The translations under genes were made by a program, and so were the position numbers. Shown piece by piece: positions 9,665-18,666 of a DNA stretch of 64,000 nt. Position 1 is the first letter of the stretch. The number at the start of each line of letters is the position of its first letter. The DNA lies in contig JAGGWG010000006.1 of the NCBI GenBank assembly GCA_021157605.1, forward strand, positions 2,387-66,386. The letters run 5' to 3'. This stretch comes from a bacterium (GTDB lineage: Bacteria; Patescibacteriota; UBA1384; JAGGWG01). The notes beneath the pieces were generated by a model. The model saw only the letters and a program-made list of their open reading frames with translations. It did no database searches and was not told where the DNA came from.

Positions 9665-10667
9665 AAAGAAGAGAGTTTTCTGCTAATGCTTTTACACTAT
9701 ACCAGGGGACTTGATGTTTTTTCAAGAAATAGCCAGCCAAAGCAATAATAGAGGCATTGTCTCCAGCGTATTTTTTTTCACAAAAAAGAATCTCTTTTTT
9801 GGGAAGAGCTTTTAGTAATTTTTGGTAAAGAGCGTCTCTAAATGCCTGATTAGCAGCTACCCCGCCGCCCAAAAGAAAACTCTTTGGCTTATATTTAGCG
9901 ACCGCTGAAAATGTTTTCTCTACTAAGGATGTAATTATAGCGTCTTGAATAGCTTTAGCTAATTCTTTTTTATTTTCCGCAGTAATTTTTGTCTTTTGCA
10001 CAGTCCGTACCACCTCAGTTTTTAAGCCTGAAAAAGAAAAGTCAAAATCTCCTGAGTTAAGCATTGGTGGAGTGAAATGAAATCGGCTTTTTTTAATTTT
10101 AGCAGCTTCTTTTTCAATAGCTGGACCTCCGGGGTATCCCAATTTAATCAGGCGGGCTGTTTTATCAAATGCTTCACCGGCAGCATCATCGCGGGTAGAG
10201 CCAATAACTTTAAACTTATCTTTCGCGTTCGCTAAAATTAGTATTGTGTGTCCCCCACTCACTACTAGCCCTAAAATTGGGAACCTGAGTGTTTTTGTTG
10301 GTTCAGAAAGTAAAGCAGAATAAAAGTGAGCAATGAGATGGTTAACTGGTATAATAGGTTTTTGCCCCAAAAAAGCTAACGTTTTGGCAAAATTGACTCC
10401 TACAAGTAATGAGCCAAGCAAGCCTGGAGAGTGGGCAACTGCTAAAGAGTCAATTTTCTTGATATTAATTTTTTGTTTGAGTTCGTGGATCATTATTGGC
10501 AGTGTTTCTGCGTGGATTCGTGAAGCTACCTCAGGGATTATACCTGAGGTTTTTTGGTGAATTTTGATTTGGGTGGCTGTTTTTTCCCAGATTATTCTTT
10601 TTTGGGAGGAGTCAAAAACTGCCACTCCTGTTTCATCGCATGATGTTTCTATCCCCAATATTTTCAT
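9657..10667 (-). CDS. tsaD: tRNA N6-adenosine threonylcarbamoyltransferase TsaD (Kae1/Gcp)
   Basis: The N-terminus MKILGIETSCDETGVAVFD and the SGGVAANQ-like segment are typical. It has the right length at 336 aa. Confidence 0.9.
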   Translation of the reverse strand: MKILGIETSCDETGVAVFDSSQKRIIWEKTATQIKIHQKTSGIIPEVASRIHAETLPIMIHELKQKINIKKIDSLAVAHSPGLLGSLLVGVNFAKTLAFLGQKPIIPVNHLIAHFYSALLSEPTKTLRFPILGLVVSGGHTILILANAKDKFKVIGSTRDDAAGEAFDKTARLIKLGYPGGPAIEKEAAKIKKSRFHFTPPMLNSGDFDFSFSGLKTEVVRTVQKTKITAENKKELAKAIQDAIITSLVEKTFSAVAKYKPKSFLLGGGVAANQAFRDALYQKLLKALPKKEILFCEKKYAGDNASIIALAGYFLKKHQVPWYSVKALAENSLLYE

Positions 10668-10761
10668 AGGTTTTACTTAAGATTTTAAGATAAGGAAAAG
10701 AGAAGAAAAAAGCAATCTTTAAACTTGAAGACTCTTTGTTTTTGCCTTAAGCTTAATCAAA

Positions 10762-11796
10762 ATGAAGGTGGAATTTGTAGACGAAAGATGGAGAAAAAAA
10801 TGGGATCTCTTGCTTGCTGGTTCAAAGGGATCGTTTTTGCAGTCGTTTGCTTGGGGAGAGTTTAAGAAGGCTTTGGGGAAAAAAGTTTTTAGATTAGTGG
10901 TTTTAGAAACTACATCCAAAGCAGAATCTCCTTTTGAGGGTTCTACTAAGGTTTTGGCTTTAGCTCAAGTAATAAAGGAAGAGTTGCCTTATTTGGGGAG
11001 TTTTCTCTATATCCCTCATGGTCCTGTTTTTTTTAGTGCAGACAAAGAAAGAGTTTTTGAGAAGATAAAAGAAAAGGTATTTGCTCTTGCTCTTAAGGAG
11101 AAATCGTTTTGTGTGAGGTTTGAGCCAAAGGAGTCTTTGGATTTTGCTTGTAACCTTAAACACTATCGGAGTTCAATTCAGGCTCTTTATACCCTAAAAG
11201 TTGATTTAAAACCTTCTCTGGAAGAGATAATGGCTTCTTTTAAACAAAAAACCCGTTATAATGTGCGTTTGGCTACACGTAAAGGAGTAAGAGTAAAATT
11301 AGGCAAGGATAAAGACTTGAGGGAATTTCTGCGTCTTTTAAAGATTACTTCTAAAAGAGATGGTTTTAGTATTTATACAGATGAGTATTACCAAAGGCTT
11401 TATAAGGTTTTTAAAAAAGAAGATATGGTAGAGCTTTTGGTTGCTGAATACCAGAATGAAGTCTTGGGTGTGTTTTTTTGTGTTTTTTTTGGCAAGGAAT
11501 CTACTTATTTGCATGGAGCTACAAGCAACAAGTATCGCAACTTAATGGCTCCTTATGCTTTAATGTGGGAGGCAATAAAGAGAGCCAAAGAAAGGGGCTG
11601 TCGGGTTTTGGATCTTTGGGGAGTGGCGCCGGAAAATGAGATTAACCATCCTTGGTATGGGTTTACTCGTTTTAAACGTGGCTTTGCCCCCAAAGATCCT
11701 GTTGTTGCTTATCCGGGAACCTACTTTTTAGTTGTTAACAAACTAAAATTTTGGTTTTATCTTTGGCAAAAAATAATCAGGGGCAGGAGGATATAG
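10762..11796 (+). CDS. FemAB-family peptidoglycan interpeptide aminoacyltransferase
   Basis: 344 aa, with the FemAB-type N-terminus ...LLAGSKGSFLQSFAWGEFKK and the two-lobed GNAT-like organisation. Confidence 0.7.
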   Translation: MKVEFVDERWRKKWDLLLAGSKGSFLQSFAWGEFKKALGKKVFRLVVLETTSKAESPFEGSTKVLALAQVIKEELPYLGSFLYIPHGPVFFSADKERVFEKIKEKVFALALKEKSFCVRFEPKESLDFACNLKHYRSSIQALYTLKVDLKPSLEEIMASFKQKTRYNVRLATRKGVRVKLGKDKDLREFLRLLKITSKRDGFSIYTDEYYQRLYKVFKKEDMVELLVAEYQNEVLGVFFCVFFGKESTYLHGATSNKYRNLMAPYALMWEAIKRAKERGCRVLDLWGVAPENEINHPWYGFTRFKRGFAPKDPVVAYPGTYFLVVNKLKFWFYLWQKIIRGRRI

Positions 11797-11800
11797 ATAT

Positions 11801-13063
11801 ATGAAAGCAGTGAAAAAGATTTATTGGCATCTTAAAGCTTGGGTGGCTAATTTGATTTTTGGTTATCCGGCAAAGTCTTTGAAAATTATAGGGGTTACTG
11901 GGACTAATGGGAAAACTACCACCTGTTTTTACCTTGATAGTATTTTGCAAGCAGCTGGTTTGAGCACTGCCAGAATGACCACAGTTGATTATCACTTAAA
12001 TGATTCCCCAAAGGTAAATCCGGTTCATTTAACAACTTTTGACGCCTTTAGATTGCAGCGGTTTCTTAAGCAAGCCAAACAGAAAAAAATTAATTGGGTT
12101 GTTTTAGAACTTTCTTCACATGGCTTGGCTCAAGATAGGGCTTTGGGGATTGAATTAGAAGGCGGGGTAATTACCTATGTTTCCCGTGAGCATTTGGATT
12201 TCCATATTTCTTTGGCTGATTACTTTAGAGCTAAGGCCAAGATACTGGCAATGATAAAGCCGGAAGGATTTGCAGTTCTTAATCGTGATGATCGTAACTT
12301 TAATTACTTTAAATCTCGCCTAAACGGAAAAAAGCTTCTTACCTTTGGCCTTTTGCGAGGGGACATCAGGGCTGATAGGGTTAAATATCAGGCTGACGGC
12401 GTAGATTTTCTTTTGGTTACCCCTTTAGAAAAATTAAGAGTCAAACTCAAGTTGCCGGGGAGGTTTAATCTTTATAATGCTTTAGCTGCTTCAGCTGTTG
12501 CTTATGGTTTGGGTATTAAAGGAAATGATATTCGTAAAGGGTTGGAAAATTTGGACTATGTGCCGGGAAGAATGGAGGAGATAAAGGTAAAAAATCAGCC
12601 TTTTAGGTTAGTGGTTGATTATGTGCACACACCTGACGCTTTGGCTTTAGTTTTGGAGGAAATGCGTCAATCTGCTAAGGGGCGCTTAATTATTGTTTTT
12701 GGTATGCCCGGAGAAAGAGATCCCAGCAATCGCCCATTAATGGGCGAGGTGGCGCAAAGAGCAGACATTGTTATTATTACTAATGAGAATCCTCGTTCAG
12801 AAAAACCTGAAGATATTATTAACCAGATTGCTTCAGGGGTAAAAAATAAACAGGAAGGTAAAAACTTGTTTAAAATTGTGGACAGAAAAAAGGCTATTAA
12901 AAAGGCTATTGAACTTGCACAAGCAGGAGATCTTATTTTAGTGGCTGGCAAGGGACCGGAGAACTATATAGAGACCAAAAAAGGGATGATTCCTTGGGAT
13001 GATCGTTTAGTTTCCCGTCAGCTTATTAAAGAACATTTGGCTCAGCAAAAAGATTTTTCATGA
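11801..13063 (+). CDS. Mur ligase family protein (MurE-like UDP-MurNAc-peptide ligase, no N-terminal domain)
   Basis: It has the GVTGTNGKTTT P-loop, the DYVHTPDAL motif and a C-terminal Mur ligase domain. It is adjacent to FemAB-like. Confidence 0.75.
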   Translation: MKAVKKIYWHLKAWVANLIFGYPAKSLKIIGVTGTNGKTTTCFYLDSILQAAGLSTARMTTVDYHLNDSPKVNPVHLTTFDAFRLQRFLKQAKQKKINWVVLELSSHGLAQDRALGIELEGGVITYVSREHLDFHISLADYFRAKAKILAMIKPEGFAVLNRDDRNFNYFKSRLNGKKLLTFGLLRGDIRADRVKYQADGVDFLLVTPLEKLRVKLKLPGRFNLYNALAASAVAYGLGIKGNDIRKGLENLDYVPGRMEEIKVKNQPFRLVVDYVHTPDALALVLEEMRQSAKGRLIIVFGMPGERDPSNRPLMGEVAQRADIVIITNENPRSEKPEDIINQIASGVKNKQEGKNLFKIVDRKKAIKKAIELAQAGDLILVAGKGPENYIETKKGMIPWDDRLVSRQLIKEHLAQQKDFS

Positions 13064-15771
13064 AAAGAAAAAAATTTATTTTAATTGATGGGCATGCTTT
13101 GCTTCATCGAGCTTTTCATGCTTTGCCAGAACTGACCACTTCCAAAGGAGAATCAGTCAATGTGGTTTATGGATTCTTTTTAATTTTTTTAAATGCTATA
13201 AAAGAGATTAAGCCAGATTATATTGCTGTTTGTTTTGATCGGCCAGAGTTAACTTTTAGACATAAAAAGTTTAAGGCTTACAAAGCGCATCGTCCCAAAA
13301 CCCCTGAGGATCTTTTGCAGCAGATTCCTTTAGTTAAAGAGGGCTTGGAGGTTTTTGGGGTGCCGGTTTTAGAAAAAAAGGGTTTTGAGGCTGATGATTT
13401 AATCGCTTCTTTAGTGCGTTTGATTAAAGAGAAGTATCCTTGGATAGAGGCGATTATTGTTACCGGAGATTTAGACACTTTGCAAGCAGTGGGCAAAGGG
13501 GTAAAGGTGATGACTCTACGTAAAGGGATCACTGATACTGCTGTTTATGATGAGGCTGCAGTAAGAGAGAGGTTTGGTTTTGCTCCCAAGCTGTTGGCTG
13601 ACTACAAGGCTTTGCGAGGTGATCCTTCTGATAATATTCCGGGGGTAAGAGGCATTGGAGACAAGACTGCTAAAGAGTTGGTACAAAAGTATGGTTCTTT
13701 GGAGGAAATATACAAACATTTACAAAAAGGCACACTGAATGTTCAGGATAGAATTTTAAAACTGCTTCAGGAACAAAAAAAAGAGGCATTTTTAAGCAAG
13801 GAGCTGACTCTGTCTCAAGACAACTTAAAAATTGATTTTGGTTTAAAAGATTTTGCTTTTAAGGGGTTTAGTCAGGAAAGAGTTTTTCGCTGGTTCCAAA
13901 AAATGGAGTTCAAGTCCTTACTAAACAAGATACCTCATTTCAAAGAACAACCTTCCTTGTTTGGGGAAAAGAGTCCTGAGAGTGAAAAAGAGTGGGAATT
14001 GGTTGTTTTAGAACCATCTTCTCTTAAGAATTTTTATCAAAAGCTTAAAAAACAAAAAAGGTTTGTTTTTGATGTGGAGACATCATCTTTAGACAGGGAT
14101 TTGGTAGGTATTTCTTTTTGTTTTTCTAAAGACAGAGCTTACTTTTTACCTTTAGCTGATTTTTCTGATTTTAAATTTAAAAATAAAAAGAAGGTTTTTT
14201 ATTGGCTGAAAAAGATTTTTGCTCTTAAGATACCTAAAATCGGTCACAATCTTAAGTATGATTATAAGATTTTAAGACGTTATGGGATTGTAGCTAAGCC
14301 TCTTTTTTTTGACACTATGATTGCTTCGTGGCTTTTGGATCCGGAGACAAGAAACCATAGCTTAGATAGACTTAGTTTTGTGGAGCTCGGGTATCAAAAA
14401 ATTAATAAGGAAGAGTTTTTTGCTAAGGGCAAGAAGTTTGATCTGCGTCAACTTCCTCTTAGCAAAATCGCTGCCTATTCCGCTGAAGACAGCTGGGCAA
14501 CTTTTACCCTTTATCGCAAACTATACCCAAAAATTAAGAATTTAAATTTAAAGTTTGTTTTTCAAAAAATAGAGATGCCTTTGGTTGAGGTTTTAGCTTT
14601 AATGGAAGAATGGGGCATTAAAATAGATGTTGGTTTTCTAAAAAAGTTGGAGAGAAAAGTTGATAATCAGATTGAAAAAATTAAAAAAGAGGTTTTTCAT
14701 TTAGTTGGACAACGTTTTAACCTTAATTCCCCTTTACAGCTTCGGGAAATTTTGTTTCAGCGTCTCAGGTTGGATAGCACGAGAATCAAGAAAACAAAAA
14801 CAGGGCTTTCTACCGCTGCTTCTGAGCTTGAAAAAATGAAAGGAGAGCATAAGGTCATTGATTTGATTTTGCGTTATCGCGAATTAGCTAAACTTAAAAA
14901 TACTTATTTAGAAGCTTTACCTAAAATGGTTGATTCTTCCCAAAGACTTCATACCAATTTTAACCAGACAGTTACTGCTACCGGCAGATTAAGTTCTTCT
15001 GAGCCGAATTTGCAAAATATACCTGTGCGGACAAAATTAGGATGTTTGATTAGAGAGGCTTTTGTGGCTGACAAAGGTAAGGTTTTGGTTGGGGCTGATT
15101 ATTCCCAAATTGAATTGCGCATTGTTGCTCATTTGTCCAAAGATCCTAATATGATTAAAGCCTTTTTAGCAGATGAGGATATCCATACCGCCACAGCCTC
15201 TTTAATTTATAAAGTGCCTGCAAAAAAGGTAACTTCAGAAATGCGTCGGGTAGCCAAAACAGTTAATTTTGGTGTTATCTATGGTATGAGTCCTTATGGT
15301 TTAGCACAATCTTTAGGTGTGTCTCAACAGTATGCTCGCCGCTTTATTAAAAAGTATTTTATCTTTTTTCCTAAAGTCAAGGCTTATACAGAGAAAACAA
15401 TTAAAAAAGCAAAGAAATTAGGTTATGTTGAGACTTTGTTTGGGCGGCGGCGCTATTTGAAGGATATTAATTCGCGCTTACCTGATTTAAGAGCAGCGGC
15501 TGAGAGAGCGGCTATAAATATGCCTGTGCAGGGTACGGCTGCTGATATTATTAAGTTAGCAATGATAAAAATTTTTCGAGATAAACGCCGTTTTCCCTCT
15601 TTAAAAATGCTCCTTCAAGTGCATGATGAATTGGTTTTTGAGGTGGACAAAGCTGATGAAAAAAAAGCCAAACAATGGGTTAAGGAAATAATGGAAGATA
15701 TAGTGAAGCTTTCAGTGCCGCTAAAAGCTGAAATATACTCAGCTTCTTCTTGGGGAAAGATGAAAAAATAA
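13060..15771 (+). CDS. polA: DNA polymerase I
   Basis: 903 aa. It has an N-terminal 5'-3' exonuclease, a central 3'-5' exonuclease-like region and a C-terminal family A polymerase domain with the motifs RRVAKTVNFGVIYG and VHDELVFE. Confidence 0.95.
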   Translation: MKRKKFILIDGHALLHRAFHALPELTTSKGESVNVVYGFFLIFLNAIKEIKPDYIAVCFDRPELTFRHKKFKAYKAHRPKTPEDLLQQIPLVKEGLEVFGVPVLEKKGFEADDLIASLVRLIKEKYPWIEAIIVTGDLDTLQAVGKGVKVMTLRKGITDTAVYDEAAVRERFGFAPKLLADYKALRGDPSDNIPGVRGIGDKTAKELVQKYGSLEEIYKHLQKGTLNVQDRILKLLQEQKKEAFLSKELTLSQDNLKIDFGLKDFAFKGFSQERVFRWFQKMEFKSLLNKIPHFKEQPSLFGEKSPESEKEWELVVLEPSSLKNFYQKLKKQKRFVFDVETSSLDRDLVGISFCFSKDRAYFLPLADFSDFKFKNKKKVFYWLKKIFALKIPKIGHNLKYDYKILRRYGIVAKPLFFDTMIASWLLDPETRNHSLDRLSFVELGYQKINKEEFFAKGKKFDLRQLPLSKIAAYSAEDSWATFTLYRKLYPKIKNLNLKFVFQKIEMPLVEVLALMEEWGIKIDVGFLKKLERKVDNQIEKIKKEVFHLVGQRFNLNSPLQLREILFQRLRLDSTRIKKTKTGLSTAASELEKMKGEHKVIDLILRYRELAKLKNTYLEALPKMVDSSQRLHTNFNQTVTATGRLSSSEPNLQNIPVRTKLGCLIREAFVADKGKVLVGADYSQIELRIVAHLSKDPNMIKAFLADEDIHTATASLIYKVPAKKVTSEMRRVAKTVNFGVIYGMSPYGLAQSLGVSQQYARRFIKKYFIFFPKVKAYTEKTIKKAKKLGYVETLFGRRRYLKDINSRLPDLRAAAERAAINMPVQGTAADIIKLAMIKIFRDKRRFPSLKMLLQVHDELVFEVDKADEKKAKQWVKEIMEDIVKLSVPLKAEIYSASSWGKMKK

Positions 15772-15778
15772 TTTTTTT

Positions 15779-16681
15779 ATGTCTGTTTTAATTTTTCTTG
15801 GTGAAGACGAATTTTTAACCACAGAGTTGGCTCGTTCAGTGGCAGAAAGATTTAAAGCAGACAGGGTAATAGTTGAAAGCGAAGAGGATTGGGCTGGTTT
15901 TAATTTGCGTCAAGAGGGCTTATTTGCTCAAGGGACAAAAAAGGTAGTTTTTATTAAAAATCAATTGCGCCGGAAAAATAAAAAAAGAATAGAAAACTTA
16001 AAAAATAGTTTAGATTCCAATCATTTTATTTTTATTGAAAATGAAAAGAAGAAATTTTTTTGCCCTCGCTTTATTAAGCAAAAAGCCAAACTTTTTAATG
16101 TTGATGTTTTGAGTCGTCGGTACTCTTTTTGGAAAAAGGTTGCCGGCAAAATGGGTGCAACTTTAAGTTATGCTGAGTTTCAGGAAGCAGTAAGTTCTTT
16201 GGGCGGCAACCTTTCTTTGCTTTGGACATTATTAGCGCAAAAGGCGCTTATTGGTCGGCCTTTGTCGTACTTATTAAAAAGTTGGTCTTGGGGCAATGTT
16301 TTTGCTTTGATAGAGGCTTTTCACCAAGGATCTTTAGTCCGGGTTTTGCAAGAAATAAGATCACTGAGGCTTAGTGAAGCAGATCCTTTGCAGGTTTGGT
16401 ATTTGCTGGCAAGTGAATTTGTTCGTCTTTATCAATTCAAAAACGGGGTTCCTCTTACTGTCCATCCTTTTGTTAAACAGAAATTGAAACAAACAATAGG
16501 TCTTTATAGTTTAGAGCAATTAGAAGATATTTTGGGCCAACTTTATGAGACAGATCTAAAATTAAAAACCGGCTTTTTTGCCGGGTCTTCTTCCCAAAAA
16601 CATAACTGGGAAGTTATTTTGAGTTTTGTTTTTTGGTGGTTTTTTTCTTTTGATTCAAAGAAGTATTCAGCCAGATACTGA
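15779..16681 (+). CDS. Probable DNA polymerase III delta subunit (HolA-like)
   Basis: The N-terminus VLIFLGEDEFL is delta-like. It is ~300 aa and sits immediately after polA. Confidence 0.4.
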   Translation: MSVLIFLGEDEFLTTELARSVAERFKADRVIVESEEDWAGFNLRQEGLFAQGTKKVVFIKNQLRRKNKKRIENLKNSLDSNHFIFIENEKKKFFCPRFIKQKAKLFNVDVLSRRYSFWKKVAGKMGATLSYAEFQEAVSSLGGNLSLLWTLLAQKALIGRPLSYLLKSWSWGNVFALIEAFHQGSLVRVLQEIRSLRLSEADPLQVWYLLASEFVRLYQFKNGVPLTVHPFVKQKLKQTIGLYSLEQLEDILGQLYETDLKLKTGFFAGSSSQKHNWEVILSFVFWWFFSFDSKKYSARY

Positions 16682-16916
16682 TCCTTTTTTTAAGACGGGA
16701 TCCTTTGTTGCGGTGAAAAACCTTTTCTTTGACCGCTTTATCCACGTATTTGTAAAAGAGTTTTAAGCTTTCAGTTGCATCTTTTTTCTTTTTCTTGGCT
16801 AAAGCTTGGCGTATCTGTTTCCTCAAGAGGCGAATTTTTTTCAAATAATAAAGGTTTTGTCTACGATTGCGTAGGGATTTTTTCAGAGCTTTTTTAGCTG
16901 ATTTTGTTTGTGGCAC
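16614..16916 (-). CDS. rpsT: 30S ribosomal protein S20
   Basis: It has KSAKKALKKSLRNRRQN...HRNKGSRLKKRIS, the S20 signature. The basic C-terminal tail is extended. It overlaps the holA-like 3' end on the opposite strand by ~68 nt. Confidence 0.8.
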   Translation of the reverse strand: MPQTKSAKKALKKSLRNRRQNLYYLKKIRLLRKQIRQALAKKKKKDATESLKLFYKYVDKAVKEKVFHRNKGSRLKKRISIWLNTSLNQKKKTTKKQNSK

Positions 16917-17037
16917 AGAGATATTTATTTTTGAACAAAGCTATCTTAAAGAAAGATTAAACAAAAATCAAGGTTTTTAAATTTGCCCCTAATTTTTATT
17001 GATTAAAAATTATGTTTAATATATATTAAAAGCGCAT

Positions 17038-18135
17038 ATGGCTATTGAGGCGAAACAGGAGGTAGTAAAGATTTTGCAAGAGAAAGACAACTTTTTGATT
17101 TCCACTTGTGAAAGCGGACGAATTAGCGCTCTGGCTTCTATTTTAGCTTTGGGGCAAATTTTAAAACAATTAGGCAAACGCTATATCCTTTTTGTGCCAG
17201 AGTTACCTAATAAAAAGATAGATTTTTTGCCTTATTACCAGGAACTCAAAACAGAGATTGTTAGTGAAAATTTAGTTGTTTGGCTGGCAGAAAAAAAAGC
17301 CAGATTAAGAAAAATTGTTTGGGAGAGAAAGGATAAAAGACTAAAGCTGGAACTTGTTCCTTTAGAGGGGCAGTTCACTCCTCAAGATGTTTCTTTTGCT
17401 TATAGCAAACCAGATATTAACTGTTTGTTTTTTGTGGCTTCACCGCGTTCCTGCGCTTTTAAAGAGATTGAAAAGTTTAAAGAAAAATTAGTGGTTAACT
17501 TGGACTATCATCAAGACAATGACTTTTTTGCTGCCCTTAATTGGGTTGATAAAAAAAGCGTTTCTATGGCTGAAATGATGGTGGCTTTAATTGAGTCTTT
17601 AGAGTCAGCAACCAAAAAGACTATTCATAGTCCTGATATTGCCACCTTGCTTTATTTTTCTTTGTATTGGGCAACCAAAGGTTTAAAGGGAAAGATTCCA
17701 GCCAAAACTTTTTCTGTTGCTGCTCAGCTGATTTCCTGGGGGGCGGAAAAAGAAAAGGTGGAAGAAAGTTTTGAAAAGAGGTGGCCAGCAGATTTTTTCT
17801 CTCTTGTAGCTCGAATTTGGCAAAAAGGAAATTGTCAGAATAAACGTTTTGTGGGTTCTTTAAGAATTAAGAACAAAGATGAGGTTGCCTTGTGGGAGAA
17901 GCACCAGAAACATATTTTAAGAGAAATCCGAAACAAAACAGCAGAGATAGACGAGGTTTTTTTAGTGGTAAAAAACTCAGGACAAACTGAGCTTTGGGTA
18001 TATTCTCAAGACGACCCTCAAAAGTTTATTTGTTTAGAGGCAGATTGGATTTTTAAAAAGCCCCCTTTATTCCGTGCTCAACTCAAAGTGCCTTTTGAAA
18101 AAGCAGCAGAGAAATTAAGCAAAAGCTTATTTTAA
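17038..18135 (+). CDS. DHH/NrnA-like protein with degenerate catalytic motifs
   Basis: The overall N-terminal layout matches NrnA (KILQEKDNFLISTCESG...ALASILALGQILKQLGK). The HxxPDGDAxGS and DHH motifs are replaced (STCESGR; DYHQDN) and no GGGH is seen. Confidence 0.35.
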   Translation: MAIEAKQEVVKILQEKDNFLISTCESGRISALASILALGQILKQLGKRYILFVPELPNKKIDFLPYYQELKTEIVSENLVVWLAEKKARLRKIVWERKDKRLKLELVPLEGQFTPQDVSFAYSKPDINCLFFVASPRSCAFKEIEKFKEKLVVNLDYHQDNDFFAALNWVDKKSVSMAEMMVALIESLESATKKTIHSPDIATLLYFSLYWATKGLKGKIPAKTFSVAAQLISWGAEKEKVEESFEKRWPADFFSLVARIWQKGNCQNKRFVGSLRIKNKDEVALWEKHQKHILREIRNKTAEIDEVFLVVKNSGQTELWVYSQDDPQKFICLEADWIFKKPPLFRAQLKVPFEKAAEKLSKSLF

Positions 18136-18666
18136 ATTATAAAGCGGGACCCAGGTAAAACGGCGTCTATTTAGTGGCCAGAAAACAAAAGAGAGTTTGC
18201 CAATAATAAATTTTTTAGGCAGAGGTCCCCAGATGCGTGAATCATTGCTTGCTGGCCGATTATCTCCTAAGACAAAGTATTCGTCTTTCCCTAGTTTGAT
18301 CTTTTGAAAACCAAAGCTGGGAATCTCGCCTTGGTAATAAGATTCACCTAAAAGTTGATTATTGATGTAGATTTTATTTTCTTTTATTTCTATTGTTTCT
18401 CCGGGTAGACCAATAACTCTTTTAACGTATAAATCCTGTCGGGTGCCGGGAAAGCGGAAAACTACCACTTCTCCCCTTTTGGGATTTTGGAAAAAATAGC
18501 TTGTTCTGTCTATCCAAGCGAATTCATTGTTTTCAAGATTTGGATACATACTTTGACCGCTAATTGCCATTGGTGCTCCCACAAAAAAATAAACAAAAGC
18601 TAAAAAGCTGAAACCTATACTTATTCTCTTGATAATACCCCAGATGATAATTGTCTTTTTGTTCAT
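18127..18666 (-). CDS. lepB: Signal peptidase I
   Basis: It has the S26 motifs GQSMYPNL, VKRVIGLPGETI and GDNRPASNDSR. Confidence 0.85.
   Translation of the reverse strand: MNKKTIIIWGIIKRISIGFSFLAFVYFFVGAPMAISGQSMYPNLENNEFAWIDRTSYFFQNPKRGEVVVFRFPGTRQDLYVKRVIGLPGETIEIKENKIYINNQLLGESYYQGEIPSFGFQKIKLGKDEYFVLGDNRPASNDSRIWGPLPKKFIIGKLSFVFWPLNRRRFTWVPLYNLK

Noticed and set aside
13278-13719. Minus-strand ORFs of 67-84 aa inside polA
   Set aside because: They are antisense within a high-confidence polA gene.
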